A DNA stretch of 64,000 nt. Origin: an uncultured Clostridia bacterium (GTDB lineage Bacteria; Bacillota; Clostridia; TANB77; CAG-508). Below the pieces are notes generated by a model that worked only from the letters and a program-made list of their open reading frames with translations, was not told where the DNA came from and searched no databases. The translations under genes were made by a program, and so were the position numbers. The stretch is taken from assembly GCA_944391955.1 (NCBI GenBank), contig CALXVG010000001.1, positions 131,170-195,169 of the forward strand, written 5' to 3'. Of the stretch, positions 1-10,186 are shown one piece after another. Position 1 is the first letter of the stretch. Each line of letters starts with the position of its first letter.

Positions 1-530
1 AGTCTATTTGCAAGTGGTGCATATAATTCCATTGTTTCTTTCGCATTTGCAATTTGTCTATCTCTTTTTAAACTTGATAATGTTCTCATATTGTGTAATC
101 TGTCAGCTAATTTTATTAAGATTACACGAATATCTTTTCCCATTGCTAAAAACATTTTTCTGTAATTTTCTACTTGTTGTTCTTCTATAGTAACATATCT
201 AATTTTGCTTAATTTAGTAACACCTGCTACCATTTCTGCAATTTCTTCACTGAAATTTTTTACAATTTCTTCATGTGTGGCACTTGTATCTTCTACAACA
301 TCATGTAAAAGTGCAGCACAAATTGTTGCATCATCTAATTGTAAATCTGCTAAAATATATGCTACTGATAATGGATGAGTTATATAATCCTCCCCTGAAA
401 CTCTTTTTTGTCCTTGATGGTGCTCTTCTGAATATTTGTATGCTTTTAATATTAAATTTGTATTATATCTTCTTTTATTTGATTTGAGTTTTTTCATTAA
501 ATCATTTATTGTTTTTTGTTCTTCTTGCAT
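1..530 (-). CDS. relA: GTP pyrophosphokinase / (p)ppGpp synthetase-hydrolase RelA/SpoT, N-terminal HD-domain portion. The gene continues past the window start.
   Basis: Reverse translation from ~530 gives MQEEQKTINDLMKKLKSNKRRYNTNLILKAYKYSEEHHQGQKRVSGEDYITHPLSVAYILADLQLDDATICAALLHDVVEDT. This is the HD hydrolase motif region of the RelA/SpoT family. It lies directly downstream of recJ, as in other Firmicutes. Confidence 0.8.
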   Translation of the reverse strand, partial: MQEEQKTINDLMKKLKSNKRRYNTNLILKAYKYSEEHHQGQKRVSGEDYITHPLSVAYILADLQLDDATICAALLHDVVEDTSATHEEIVKNFSEEIAEMVAGVTKLSKIRYVTIEEQQVENYRKMFLAMGKDIRVILIKLADRLHNMRTLSSLKRDRQIANAKETMELYAPLANR

Positions 531-551
531 AGGCCCCACAATCCCTTCATT

Positions 552-2246
552 TTATGTCTTTACTGATTTCATTATATCTTTTAAATTCATTTGTATGGTT
601 TCTAGTCCGTTAAATTTATTAACTTCTAAAGTTCCTACAATATCAACTTTGTCCCCCATTAAAAGTCCTTCAGCTAAATGCCCTAAGTTAAATCCTATTG
701 CATTTAGCACGAAATTTTCATCTTTTAGGCTTAATCTTATGTGTTTTCCTTCTGATAATGTTCTTATTGAATCTATTTTTAAATTTTTATATATAAAAAT
801 TGGTTGTTTATTTTGTTCTCCAAATGGTTCTAGCATTTTTATTTGTTTTATCAAGTCTTCACTAAAATCTTTTCTATTTATTTGGCAATCAATCTTTATT
901 ATTGGAATAATATCTTTTACATTTTTTTCTTCAGCTATTTTTTCAAACTGTTTTTTAAATTCTTCATATTGATTTTTAAAAACAGATAACCCTATTGCCA
1001 TTTCATGTCCACCATATTTGTCTAATGTATCTGTACAATTTCCTAAAGCTCCATGTAAGTCAAATCCTGGTATACTTCTCCCTGAACCTTTTCCTTCGTT
1101 TCCGTCAAAACAAATTAAAATTGTTGGTTTGAAATATTTTTCTGTAACTTTTGAAGCTACTATTCCTATTACTCCATGATGCCAGTTATTTGATGATAAC
1201 ACTATTGTGTTTAATTTATTTATATCTTCTTTTTGTATCATTTCTATAACTTCTTCATATATTCTTCTTTCAGTATCCTGTCTTTGGGAATTATATTTAT
1301 TTAATTGAGATGTTATTTTTTTTGCTTCTTCTAAATCTTCTGTTAAGAATAGTTGAAGTGCTTCCATTTGCTTTCCCATTCTTCCAGAAGCATTTATTCT
1401 TGGTGCAACTCCAAAAGAAATAGCTGATGAATTTATTTCTTTTATTCCTGCTTCTATTATTAATTCTCTTAATCCTATATTCCTTGTCTGTTTTATAAGC
1501 TTTAATCCTAGAGTAGCAATAGTTCTGTTTTCATTAACTAATGGTACTATATCTGATATGGTACCAACACAAACTAAATCTAAATATTTTAAATATTCTT
1601 TATCTTCTAAATTTAATTTTTGTGAAATAGCTTGTATTAGCTTAAATACTACTCCAACCCCTGCTAATCCTCTAAAAGGATATGTATCGTCTTTCTTTTT
1701 AGGGTCTATTATGCAATATGCTTTTGGTAATACTTCTGCCTGTTCATGATGGTCTGTTATGATTGTTTCAATTCCTAAGCTATTTGCTAAATCTATTTCG
1801 TTTATCCCTGAAATTCCACAGTCTACAGTAATCATTAATGTAAAACCTTTTTTGGCTATTTCTTCTATTGCTTCTTTATTTAAACCATATCCATCATCTA
1901 GCCTATTTGGTATATATGTTCCAACTTCTAGCCCTCTTTCTTGTAAAAATTTCTTTAGTACTGTAATACTTGTTATACCATCTACATCATAATCTCCATA
2001 AATAATAGTTTTTTCATTGTTGTTTATTGCTTCTATAATGCGGTCTGCTGCTTTATCCATGCCACTCATTAGGAAGGGATTTAAAAAGTCATTTCTAGTT
2101 GGTGCCAAGAATATCTGTATTTCTTTATCTTCTACTATTCCTCTATTTACTAATATTTGCGCAATTATGCGAGATATATTATGTTTTTTTGAAATATTTT
2201 CTACTATATTTTCATCTACTTCATAATACTCCCATCTTTTCTTCAT
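552..2246 (-). CDS. recJ: Single-stranded-DNA-specific exonuclease RecJ.
   Basis: 564-aa ORF carrying the DHH motifs (GDYDVDGITS, ITDHH) and a DHHA1-like C-terminus. Confidence 0.9.
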   Translation of the reverse strand: MKKRWEYYEVDENIVENISKKHNISRIIAQILVNRGIVEDKEIQIFLAPTRNDFLNPFLMSGMDKAADRIIEAINNNEKTIIYGDYDVDGITSITVLKKFLQERGLEVGTYIPNRLDDGYGLNKEAIEEIAKKGFTLMITVDCGISGINEIDLANSLGIETIITDHHEQAEVLPKAYCIIDPKKKDDTYPFRGLAGVGVVFKLIQAISQKLNLEDKEYLKYLDLVCVGTISDIVPLVNENRTIATLGLKLIKQTRNIGLRELIIEAGIKEINSSAISFGVAPRINASGRMGKQMEALQLFLTEDLEEAKKITSQLNKYNSQRQDTERRIYEEVIEMIQKEDINKLNTIVLSSNNWHHGVIGIVASKVTEKYFKPTILICFDGNEGKGSGRSIPGFDLHGALGNCTDTLDKYGGHEMAIGLSVFKNQYEEFKKQFEKIAEEKNVKDIIPIIKIDCQINRKDFSEDLIKQIKMLEPFGEQNKQPIFIYKNLKIDSIRTLSEGKHIRLSLKDENFVLNAIGFNLGHLAEGLLMGDKVDIVGTLEVNKFNGLETIQMNLKDIMKSVKT

Positions 2247-2358
2247 AAATTCACCCTATTCTTTCTCATAATATTTTATCTTATTTTTCTCAATTTTTAA
2301 AGGGTTTTTAATAAATTTATTAGATTTTATGTATCTTTATTGAATAGCAATATAATAA

Positions 2359-3012
2359 TTATAAAGTAAAAATTCCTGCTTTTATTTTAATTCCTTGATT
2401 TTTAAACTTTATTTCGTGTTCCGTTTCTATATTCTGCCAAAATTCTGGCATATTATTCAAGTCGTTAGTAGTTTTAATAGTTTTAAATCCTGCTTGTTCA
2501 AAATATTCTAAGCTTTCTCTAAATAAGTTATCATCATCTGTTTTAAAATAGATTTCGCCATTTTTTCGTAAAAATGTTTTATATTTTTCTAGTTGTCTCA
2601 TATGTGTTAATCGTCTTTTTTTATGTCGTGGTTTTGGCCATGGATTGCAAAAATTAATATAAATCCTTTGAATATCATCTCTATTATCAAAAATTTTATC
2701 TATTTCTTCTGCATTGTATCTTGTTAAAATAAGATTGTTTATTTCTTTACCAGCAAATTCTTCTTGTATATTTCTATTTGCAACTCCTAAAATAACATCT
2801 ACTAAATCTATTGCAATATAATTTATATTTGGATTTTGTATCGCTGCTTTCTTTACAAAAAAACCTTTTCCACAGCCTAATTCTAGATGAATTGGATTGT
2901 CTGTTTTTTTAAATATTTCTTTCCATTTGCCCTTGTTTTCTTCTGGACTTGATATATATATTTTGCTTTTATTTAGTTCTTCTTTAGCCCATGGCTTATT
3001 TCTCATTCTCAT
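2359..3012 (-). CDS. trmB: tRNA (guanine-N7)-methyltransferase.
   Basis: 217 aa with an LELGCGKGFF SAM-binding motif. Length and layout fit TrmB. Confidence 0.85.
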   Translation of the reverse strand: MRMRNKPWAKEELNKSKIYISSPEENKGKWKEIFKKTDNPIHLELGCGKGFFVKKAAIQNPNINYIAIDLVDVILGVANRNIQEEFAGKEINNLILTRYNAEEIDKIFDNRDDIQRIYINFCNPWPKPRHKKRRLTHMRQLEKYKTFLRKNGEIYFKTDDDNLFRESLEYFEQAGFKTIKTTNDLNNMPEFWQNIETEHEIKFKNQGIKIKAGIFTL

Positions 3013-3024
3013 ATTTCGTTTCCT

Positions 3025-4290
3025 TTATCTATAATTATTTTTGTAATATTCCAATAAATATGGTAATTCTTTATTTTCATATTTTTCTATTGCTTTTTTT
3101 ACTGCATAATTTACTTCTTCAAATGTTCCTACACATTCAAATGGTTTTATTTTTCCATATCCGCATAGTCCTATAAATGTTTCGAGTAGTTCTTTTTTCT
3201 TAAATAAATTTTCTCCAAATATATCTTCTATTTCTTTTATTTCCAAGAATGGACTTAATATTATGTATACAAAAAGGCATTTTGGACAATTGCAACACCA
3301 CTTCCATGGAATTTGTTTGCTACCTACATTGCAACTTTTAAATACTTTGTGATATTGTTTATGTTTTGAAAACATTTCTGCTATTTGTAGCTCACTATAC
3401 TTTCTTAAAATACTGAAATATATTACATTTGCTTTTAAGTATTTTTCTGCATATTCTTTGAAATCAATTTCAAATTCCAAGCTTTTTGAATATTGATGAT
3501 TTATATTTTCTCCTTTTACATTACTTTCATTAGCACTTGCTTCATTTGATAATGCAACATATTTTTTATCTGTTAAATATGCTATTAAATATGATAAAAA
3601 AGCTAAAATTGAAGAAAATGGTGTATGCCCATTCAAATAGCCTTTTTTATTAAGTTCTAATAAATTATTATCAATTTCTCTATTAACTTCTATTATTTGA
3701 TTTTCATTATATCCTGCTATTTTACAGCATTCTATTACTGGGGCTTTTCCTCCTACTGTTAAACAATAGTTGTTTGCTTTACTTTCTTTCAATTTTTCAA
3801 GTGTTACTATAGAGTCTTTCCCTCCACCCACTGGTATTATGTATCCCTCTAAAGTATCTTTTGCTTTTTTTTCAGGTACAATAGATTTTATATTTTCATT
3901 TGTTATGAAGTTTACAAATTCTTTTTGCTCAATATGTATATTGTTTATATATCTGAACTCACCTGTACCATTATAATATAGTTTTTTAAACCATTGCTTT
4001 TGTTCTTCATTTAAATTTCCACATTCTATAATTACATTCTCTGTACATACACATTTCCAGTAACTGATAATTTCTACCATACCAAGATTAAAAACAATAT
4101 TTTTTACATATTCCTCGTCTACTGTTTTATATTTTATATTTTTTTTCATAATCTGTATTGTTGGTTTAAATTCTGCTAATTGTGGAATTTCAAAAAAATA
4201 CTGAATTTTTATTGTCTGTTCATCTTCAGTAATTGTAAAGTTTTTATATATAAAATTTTTATACTTTTCTCTTAGATCTATAAAATCCAT
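3025..4290 (-). CDS. PP-loop (adenine nucleotide alpha-hydrolase / PAPS-reductase-like) ATP-binding protein. Its function is uncharacterised, though it may modify tRNA or sugars.
   Basis: 421 aa. Central PP-loop motif IIPVGGGKDS and a C-terminal Cys cluster WCCNCPKC (zinc-ribbon-like). It sits 13 nt upstream of trmB on the same strand. Confidence 0.4.
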   Translation of the reverse strand: MDFIDLREKYKNFIYKNFTITEDEQTIKIQYFFEIPQLAEFKPTIQIMKKNIKYKTVDEEYVKNIVFNLGMVEIISYWKCVCTENVIIECGNLNEEQKQWFKKLYYNGTGEFRYINNIHIEQKEFVNFITNENIKSIVPEKKAKDTLEGYIIPVGGGKDSIVTLEKLKESKANNYCLTVGGKAPVIECCKIAGYNENQIIEVNREIDNNLLELNKKGYLNGHTPFSSILAFLSYLIAYLTDKKYVALSNEASANESNVKGENINHQYSKSLEFEIDFKEYAEKYLKANVIYFSILRKYSELQIAEMFSKHKQYHKVFKSCNVGSKQIPWKWCCNCPKCLFVYIILSPFLEIKEIEDIFGENLFKKKELLETFIGLCGYGKIKPFECVGTFEEVNYAVKKAIEKYENKELPYLLEYYKNNYR

Positions 4291-4357
4291 ATTTTCCCTC
4301 TTTTCTTGGCTTTTACAATAATAGGCGACCTATATAATGGGTCGCCTATATATTATA

Positions 4358-4840
4358 TTATTCTTCTGTAATATCTTTTATTAACTCTAATTGTGATATT
4401 AATAAAGATTCCATTTTAGCTTTATATACTTCAAATTTCTTTTTCAAATCTGTCAATTCTTTTTCTTTTTTTATAATTTGATTATCTATATCTGCTGTTT
4501 TTTCTTTTGCTGCTAATTCTGCTTCTCTTTCGATTTGTTCTGCTTTTCCTTTTGCCTCATCTATTAGTTGTTTTGCTTGTTTTTCTGCAGTTTCTTTTAC
4601 TTCGTCTGCTGTTCTTTGTGCTATTACTAATGTACTTTGGAGTGTTGATTCTATATTCTTGTATTGGCCAACATCATTGTGTAATTCTTCAGCATTTTTC
4701 TTTAGTTCTATATTTTCTTTGTATAATTTTTCATATGCTACCATTACTTCATCTAGAAATTCATCTACTTCTTCGACATTGTAACCATTTACCATTTGTC
4801 TGTAAAATTTCTTATTTTCTATGTCTAATGGTGTTATCAT
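4358..4840 (-). CDS. divIVA: Cell-division protein DivIVA.
   Basis: 160 aa. N-terminus LTPLDIENKKF..GYNVEEVDEFLD followed by an extended coiled coil. Confidence 0.85.
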   Translation of the reverse strand: MITPLDIENKKFYRQMVNGYNVEEVDEFLDEVMVAYEKLYKENIELKKNAEELHNDVGQYKNIESTLQSTLVIAQRTADEVKETAEKQAKQLIDEAKGKAEQIEREAELAAKEKTADIDNQIIKKEKELTDLKKKFEVYKAKMESLLISQLELIKDITEE

Positions 4841-4864
4841 AAATCTTCCTCCTATTATTTGTTA

Positions 4865-5332
4865 TTATTTTAGCCAAGATACAGATAATTTATTTTTTAA
4901 TTCCTCTCTTGCTAAGTCACTTGATATATCATAATTAACTGGTGCAATTAAGAATATTGAATTAGATACTTTTTGAATATGACCATCTAGAGCATGAACT
5001 GCTCCACTTAAAAAGTCTACTATTCTTCTAGCAACATCTTTGTTAACATATTCTAAGTTAACTATTATAGATTTCTTTTCTTTCAAATAATTGCAAATAT
5101 CCTCTGATTGATCAAAACCTGTTGGTTGTGTTATTACCATTTTAACAGATTGAGGTTGAGGCATACTAACTATTTTGCTTCTTCTTCCGAATAGTCCTTT
5201 TTCTTCTACTTCTGTTTCTTCTTCTTCCTCATCTCTTCCAGAAGTATATTCATATACATTATCCTCTTCTTCTTCATTTTCATTTCCAAATCCTAAAGCA
5301 TCTAACATTTTACTTACGATTGCTACAGCCAT
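4865..5332 (-). CDS. sepF: Cell-division protein SepF.
   Basis: 155 aa. Acidic linker, then the conserved SepF C-domain (IIVNLEYVNKDVARRIVDFLSGAVHALDGHIQKV). Adjacent to divIVA. Confidence 0.8.
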   Translation of the reverse strand: MAVAIVSKMLDALGFGNENEEEEDNVYEYTSGRDEEEEETEVEEKGLFGRRSKIVSMPQPQSVKMVITQPTGFDQSEDICNYLKEKKSIIVNLEYVNKDVARRIVDFLSGAVHALDGHIQKVSNSIFLIAPVNYDISSDLAREELKNKLSVSWLK

Positions 5333-5472
5333 TTTATACCCTCCTATAATTTCCTTGGTATTATTTTTGTTATACTATACTAATATTTTATAACTCATCT
5401 TTTGGTGTTTTGTCAATAGTTTTTACGTTTGTAATTAAAATGTAATATTACTGTAATATTTTGGCAATAGAA

Positions 5473-8055
5473 TTATTCGCCATAATATGCCTTTCTATAT
5501 AGCTCTTTTATTTCTTCAACTGTTGGATATTTTGGGTTTGCTCCTGTACATTGGTCATCATGTGCATGTTCAGCAAGGCTATCTAAGTTTGACATAAATA
5601 CATTTTCATCAATTCCACATTCTCTTATTGAAATTGGCATATTTAAATCTCTCATTAGTTGTTTAATTGCATTTATTAGGTTGTCTATACTTTGTTCCTT
5701 TGTTTCTCCACCCAATCCGACTACTTTTGCAAGTTTTGCATACTTTTCATCTGCTATGAATTTTTCGTATTTTGGGAAAATTGTAAATTTATTTGGTAAT
5801 TCACTATTATATTTTATTACATATGGTAATAAAATTGCATTTGCTCTACCATGTGCAATATGATATTCTCCACCTAGTTTGTGTGCCATACTGTGATTTA
5901 ATCCCAAGAAAGCATTTGTAAATGCCATACCTGCAATACAACTTGCATTATGCATTTTTTCTCTTGCCTCTTCATCACTTTCTCCATTATCATAAGCTCG
6001 TTTTAGATATGTGAATACTAAATCTACTGCTTGCATTGCCAAACCATCTGTGTAATCACTTGCCATTACTGATACATAGCTTTCTATAGCATGTGTTAAA
6101 ACATCTAATCCTGTGTCTGCTGTTGCAGTTTTTGGTAATGTTAATACAAATTGTGGGTCTATTATCGCAACATCAGGTTTTAAAGCATAATCTGTTAAAG
6201 GATATTTTATGTTTCCGTTTTTTCTGTCTGTTATAACTGCAAAAGCTGTTACTTCACTTCCTGTTCCTGAAGTTGTTGGAACTGCCACAAATTTTGCCTT
6301 TTGCCCTAGGTTAGGAAATTTGACTACTCTTTTTCTTATATCCATAAATTTTTGTTTTAAACCATCAAAAGAACTTTCAGGATGTTCATAAAATAGCCAC
6401 ATTCCTTTTGCTGCATCTATTGCTGAACCACCACCAATTGCTATTATTACATCTGGATTAAATGCTCTCATCTCTTCTACGCCTCTCATGATTGTTTCTA
6501 CATCTGGATCTGGTTCAACATCTGAATATATTTTTGAATGACAATATTGTTCTCTTTTTCTTAGATAATATAATGCTTTATCTACATATCCCAGTTTTAT
6601 CATTGTTGGGTCTGTTACTATAAATGCTCTTGTTATGTCTCCCATGTTTTCTAGGTATTGTATTGAATTTTTTTCAAAATAAATTTTAGGTGGAATTTTA
6701 AACCATTGCATATTTACCCTCCTTTTTGCTATTTTTTTCTTGTTTATTAAATTAACTGTCGACACATTTGATGTTGTACTATTTTTACCATATGAACCAC
6801 ATCCTAGTGTTAAAGAAGGTGTATTTGTGTTATATATATCTCCAATTGCTCCTTGTGATGATGGAGAATTTACTATTATTCTACCTACTTTCATTTCTGT
6901 TCCAAAACGTTCAATAACTTCTTCATCTTCGCTGTGTATTATTGCAGAATGTCCTAGTCCTCCAAGTTCTAACATTTTCTTACATTTTTCAAATCCTTCT
7001 TCTGTACTATTTACAACATAGTAAGCAAGAACTGGAGATAGTTTTTCTTTTGATAAAGGATATTCTGCACCTACATCTGGTAATCTTGCAATTAATATCT
7101 TTGTACCTTCTGGAACTTCTACGCCTGCATTTTGTGCAATCCATGCTGCTGGTTTTCCAACTACATTACCATTTACAGAACCTTTTTCTTTATTTATTAC
7201 ATAATCTGAGACTTTCCATGTTTCCTCTTCATTTAGGAAATAGCAATTATTCTTTTTCATGTATTCCTCAAATTGAGGTGCAATTTCACTATCTACTATA
7301 ACTGCTTGTTCTGAAGCACAAATCATACCATTATCAAATGTTTTTGAAAGCATTAAGTCTGTACATGCTCTTTCTAATTTTGCAGTTTTTTCGATATAAC
7401 ATGGTGCATTACCTGGTCCAACACCTAATGCTGGTTTTCCGCAGCTATATGCAGATTTAACCATTCCTGCACCACCTGTTGCTAATATCAATGAAACTTT
7501 TGGATGATTCATCAATGCTGTTGTAGCTTCAATTGATGGAAATTCAATCCATTGTATACAGTCTGCTGGTGCTCCTGCTTTAACTGCTGCGTCTCGTAAT
7601 ATTTCTGCTGTTTTCTTTGAACAGTTTTGTGCTGAAGGATGGAAACCAAATATGATTGGATTTCTTGTTTTCGCACATATCAATGATTTAAACATTGTTG
7701 TTGAAGTTGGATTAGTTACTGGGGTTACACCTGCCACAATACCTACTGGTTCGGCAATTTCTACATAGCCTTCTAATTCATTTTCATCTATAACTCCAAC
7801 TGTTTTTTCTCCTTCTATAGAGTGCCAAATATATTCTGTAGCAAACATGTTCTTTATAATTTTATCTTCATATATTCCTCTCCCTGTTTCTTCTACTGCA
7901 TCTTTAGCAAGTTCTCTATGATGTTCTAATCCTGCAACAGACATTGCTTTTACTATTCTGTCAACATCTTCTTGATTTAGTTTCATATATTCATATAAAG
8001 CTTTATCTGCTTTTTCTACTAAGTCATTTATCATATTTCCAATATCATTTTCCAT
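5473..8055 (-). CDS. adhE: Bifunctional acetaldehyde-CoA / alcohol dehydrogenase.
   Basis: 860 aa. N-terminal aldehyde dehydrogenase domain and C-terminal Fe-alcohol dehydrogenase domain (GGGSAIDAAK). Confidence 0.9.
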   Translation of the reverse strand: MENDIGNMINDLVEKADKALYEYMKLNQEDVDRIVKAMSVAGLEHHRELAKDAVEETGRGIYEDKIIKNMFATEYIWHSIEGEKTVGVIDENELEGYVEIAEPVGIVAGVTPVTNPTSTTMFKSLICAKTRNPIIFGFHPSAQNCSKKTAEILRDAAVKAGAPADCIQWIEFPSIEATTALMNHPKVSLILATGGAGMVKSAYSCGKPALGVGPGNAPCYIEKTAKLERACTDLMLSKTFDNGMICASEQAVIVDSEIAPQFEEYMKKNNCYFLNEEETWKVSDYVINKEKGSVNGNVVGKPAAWIAQNAGVEVPEGTKILIARLPDVGAEYPLSKEKLSPVLAYYVVNSTEEGFEKCKKMLELGGLGHSAIIHSEDEEVIERFGTEMKVGRIIVNSPSSQGAIGDIYNTNTPSLTLGCGSYGKNSTTSNVSTVNLINKKKIAKRRVNMQWFKIPPKIYFEKNSIQYLENMGDITRAFIVTDPTMIKLGYVDKALYYLRKREQYCHSKIYSDVEPDPDVETIMRGVEEMRAFNPDVIIAIGGGSAIDAAKGMWLFYEHPESSFDGLKQKFMDIRKRVVKFPNLGQKAKFVAVPTTSGTGSEVTAFAVITDRKNGNIKYPLTDYALKPDVAIIDPQFVLTLPKTATADTGLDVLTHAIESYVSVMASDYTDGLAMQAVDLVFTYLKRAYDNGESDEEAREKMHNASCIAGMAFTNAFLGLNHSMAHKLGGEYHIAHGRANAILLPYVIKYNSELPNKFTIFPKYEKFIADEKYAKLAKVVGLGGETKEQSIDNLINAIKQLMRDLNMPISIRECGIDENVFMSNLDSLAEHAHDDQCTGANPKYPTVEEIKELYRKAYYGE

Positions 8056-8233
8056 ATTTACTCTCCTTTCGTTTTCAATACTATCTTACTATTACTCTCA
8101 TAAAAAATCAATATGATTTTAGATATTTATTTCAAAATTTTATTATATATATTTTCTCCAAAAGTCTTAGAATTATAGCTAAATTTTACTTTTTGGTCTA
8201 CTTATGTTATAATTGAAAATGGAGGGTAAAAAA

Positions 8234-9088
8234 ATGATTAAGCTAGTTGCTAGTGATTTAGATGGAACAATATTAGATAAAAACAATTCTATTTTTGCTA
8301 ACAATTTTAAAGCGTTTGAAGATTTGCATAAACACAATATGAATTTTGTTGTTTGCACTGGTAAAACCTACCATATCACAAAAAAAATGTGTTCTAAAAT
8401 AAATGCTAATTTTGGAATTTTTGGTAATGGTAATCTTGTTATGGATTTAAGGAATAATAATGTTTTATATAAGAAGTTATTAAACACTAATGAAGTTCTT
8501 TCATGTATTGATATTGCCAAAAAACATAATATGCATGTACATATATATTCTAGTGAAGATGTTATCACAGAAAAATTAGAATATTTAGATTTAAGAAATT
8601 ATAAATTACAACAAGCTGATAATTTAGAAGGTTCATTGAATTTTAAAATAGTTGATGATATCAAAGACTATGTTATAAAAAACAATCCAGAAGTATTTAA
8701 GTTAGTTATATCAGATACATATTCAACTGCTTCTGCTAGAGAAGATATTGAAAATTATTTTGACCTTTCTGTTGCTACAATAAGAAAAAAAGGAAAATAT
8801 AAAGATGCTATTATAAATAAAGAATATGAATATTTAGATGTAACCTCTAAAAACACATCCAAACAAGCAGCCTTAGAATTCTTAGGAAATTATTTAAACA
8901 TCAAACCTGATGAAATGCTTACAATTGGAGATAATGTTAATGATTATGATATGATACAAAAAGCCGGTATAGGTGTTGCTGTAGCTAATGCATATGATGA
9001 ATTAAAGCAAGTTGCAAATTATACCACTGTAAATCCTGTTGAGCAAGGTGGATTTGCAGAAGCAATTTATAAATTTATTGAATTTTAA
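8234..9088 (+). CDS. Cof-type HAD-IIB family hydrolase (sugar-phosphatase-like).
   Basis: MIKLVASDLDGTIL motif I. A GGAGGG RBS lies 7 nt upstream of the ATG at 8234. The ORF track starts it at 8213. Confidence 0.75.
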   Translation: MIKLVASDLDGTILDKNNSIFANNFKAFEDLHKHNMNFVVCTGKTYHITKKMCSKINANFGIFGNGNLVMDLRNNNVLYKKLLNTNEVLSCIDIAKKHNMHVHIYSSEDVITEKLEYLDLRNYKLQQADNLEGSLNFKIVDDIKDYVIKNNPEVFKLVISDTYSTASAREDIENYFDLSVATIRKKGKYKDAIINKEYEYLDVTSKNTSKQAALEFLGNYLNIKPDEMLTIGDNVNDYDMIQKAGIGVAVANAYDELKQVANYTTVNPVEQGGFAEAIYKFIEF

Positions 9089-9090
9089 AT

Positions 9091-9118
9091 ACGTCCCAAT
9101 TGGGGACGTATTTAAATT
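9091..9118 (+). terminator. Rho-independent terminator-like hairpin after the HAD hydrolase gene.
   Basis: Perfect palindrome ACGTCCCAATTGGGGACGT followed by a T-rich tract. A second CAATTGGGGAC copy lies 30 nt downstream. Confidence 0.5.
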
Positions 9119-9150
9119 GGGAAAAAAATCTCAATTGGGGACATGTAATA

Positions 9151-9285
9151 TTAGTTAAACATTTTATTTGTTATTCTTCTACAGCCTTTCATTATTTTCT
9201 TTTTATTTAACATTCCCTCTTCATATAATGCCAATGCTGCCATTGTAACAGCTGTTCCTATAACCACACCTTTTACAAATTTCAT
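9151..9285 (-). CDS. Hypothetical small hydrophobic protein, 44 aa.
   Basis: MKFVKGVVIGTAVTMAALALYEEGMLNKKKIMKGCRRITNKMFN, preceded by a GAGAGGAGAAATATT RBS. No family recognised. Confidence 0.25.
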   Translation of the reverse strand: MKFVKGVVIGTAVTMAALALYEEGMLNKKKIMKGCRRITNKMFN

Positions 9286-9323
9286 AATATTTCTCCTCTC
9301 TATTATTAATATTTACTATTATA

Positions 9324-9701
9324 TTATTTCTCTTTACTATAAGAATTATACTGTTTTTTTAGTGAATATATTTCATAAATTGCAATAATTGCTAGAAAAA
9401 TTGCAAAACATTTTCTTAATAATTTAACTTCTAATTTTGACATTATTATTGAACCAATAATAGCTCCTATTATACCTGCAATTGCAATGTTTCTGCCTGT
9501 TTTCCATTCTATTAATTTTTCTTTGAATGCAATAATTATAGCTGCTATTGATGTAGGAACAAAAAATATTAAATTAGTTGCTTGTGCTGTATGTTGTTCT
9601 ACTCCTATGAAAACTGAAAGAACAAGTATCAGTATTGTTCCTCCTCCCATTCCTGTACCACTAACAATACCTGAAATTAATCCTGTTAATACTTCTAACA
9701 T
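9324..9701 (-). CDS. TauE/SafE (DUF81) family membrane protein, half-size (single 4-TM repeat).
   Basis: 125 aa with the GTGMGGG glycine-rich motif. It has its own AAAGGAAGTG RBS. Confidence 0.6.
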   Translation of the reverse strand: MLEVLTGLISGIVSGTGMGGGTILILVLSVFIGVEQHTAQATNLIFFVPTSIAAIIIAFKEKLIEWKTGRNIAIAGIIGAIIGSIIMSKLEVKLLRKCFAIFLAIIAIYEIYSLKKQYNSYSKEK

Positions 9702-9723
9702 TTTGCTTTCACTTCCTTTTTTA

Positions 9724-10110
9724 TTATTGTATAAATAATCTGATTGCTGTATAAATTAAAAAAATAATAAATAAAATTCTAAGTATTTTTGAGGACAGTT
9801 TTTTTAAAAGTTTTGCTCCAATAACTCCTCCAATTATGCCACCAATTGCACATTTTATCCCTATATCCCAATTAATATAATTGTTGGTATAATAGAAAAT
9901 TCCACTTGTTATTACCATTGGTAAAATTGCTAAAATTGAAGTTGCTCTTGCTTTTGCATCTTCTAATTTAAAAATATGAACTAATGCAGGCACAACAATC
10001 ATTCCTCCACCTGCTGCAAATAGTCCACTAATAATACCAGCAACAAATCCTATGGAAATTTCTTTAAATATAGCTTTATTTTTTCCTTTTTTTCCTATTA
10101 AAATTGACAT
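9724..10110 (-). CDS. TauE/SafE (DUF81) family membrane protein, half-size (single 4-TM repeat).
   Basis: 128 aa with the GLFAAGGGMIVVPAL motif. It ends 22 nt before the next half-size gene. Confidence 0.6.
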   Translation of the reverse strand: MSILIGKKGKNKAIFKEISIGFVAGIISGLFAAGGGMIVVPALVHIFKLEDAKARATSILAILPMVITSGIFYYTNNYINWDIGIKCAIGGIIGGVIGAKLLKKLSSKILRILFIIFLIYTAIRLFIQ

Positions 10111-10186
10111 ATTTATATTATTGGATTTTTGTATAAATTTATACTTTTGAAATTTATTTCAAAAAAAAGAATAAACCTTAAATGGC

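Noticed and set aside
4507-4842. Many plus-strand ORFs of 60-220 aa antisense to minus-strand genes (for example 4507-4842, 12234-12533, 26330-26527, 30679-31350, 62348-63019).
   Set aside because: They have low-complexity Leu/Phe/Ile-rich translations, no RBS, and lie fully inside well-supported genes on the opposite strand. They are typical AT-rich antisense artefacts.
8213-8233. Upstream extension of the HAD hydrolase (MKMEGKK...).
   Set aside because: The GGAGGG RBS sits inside the extension with ideal spacing to the ATG at 8234. The shorter start is preferred.
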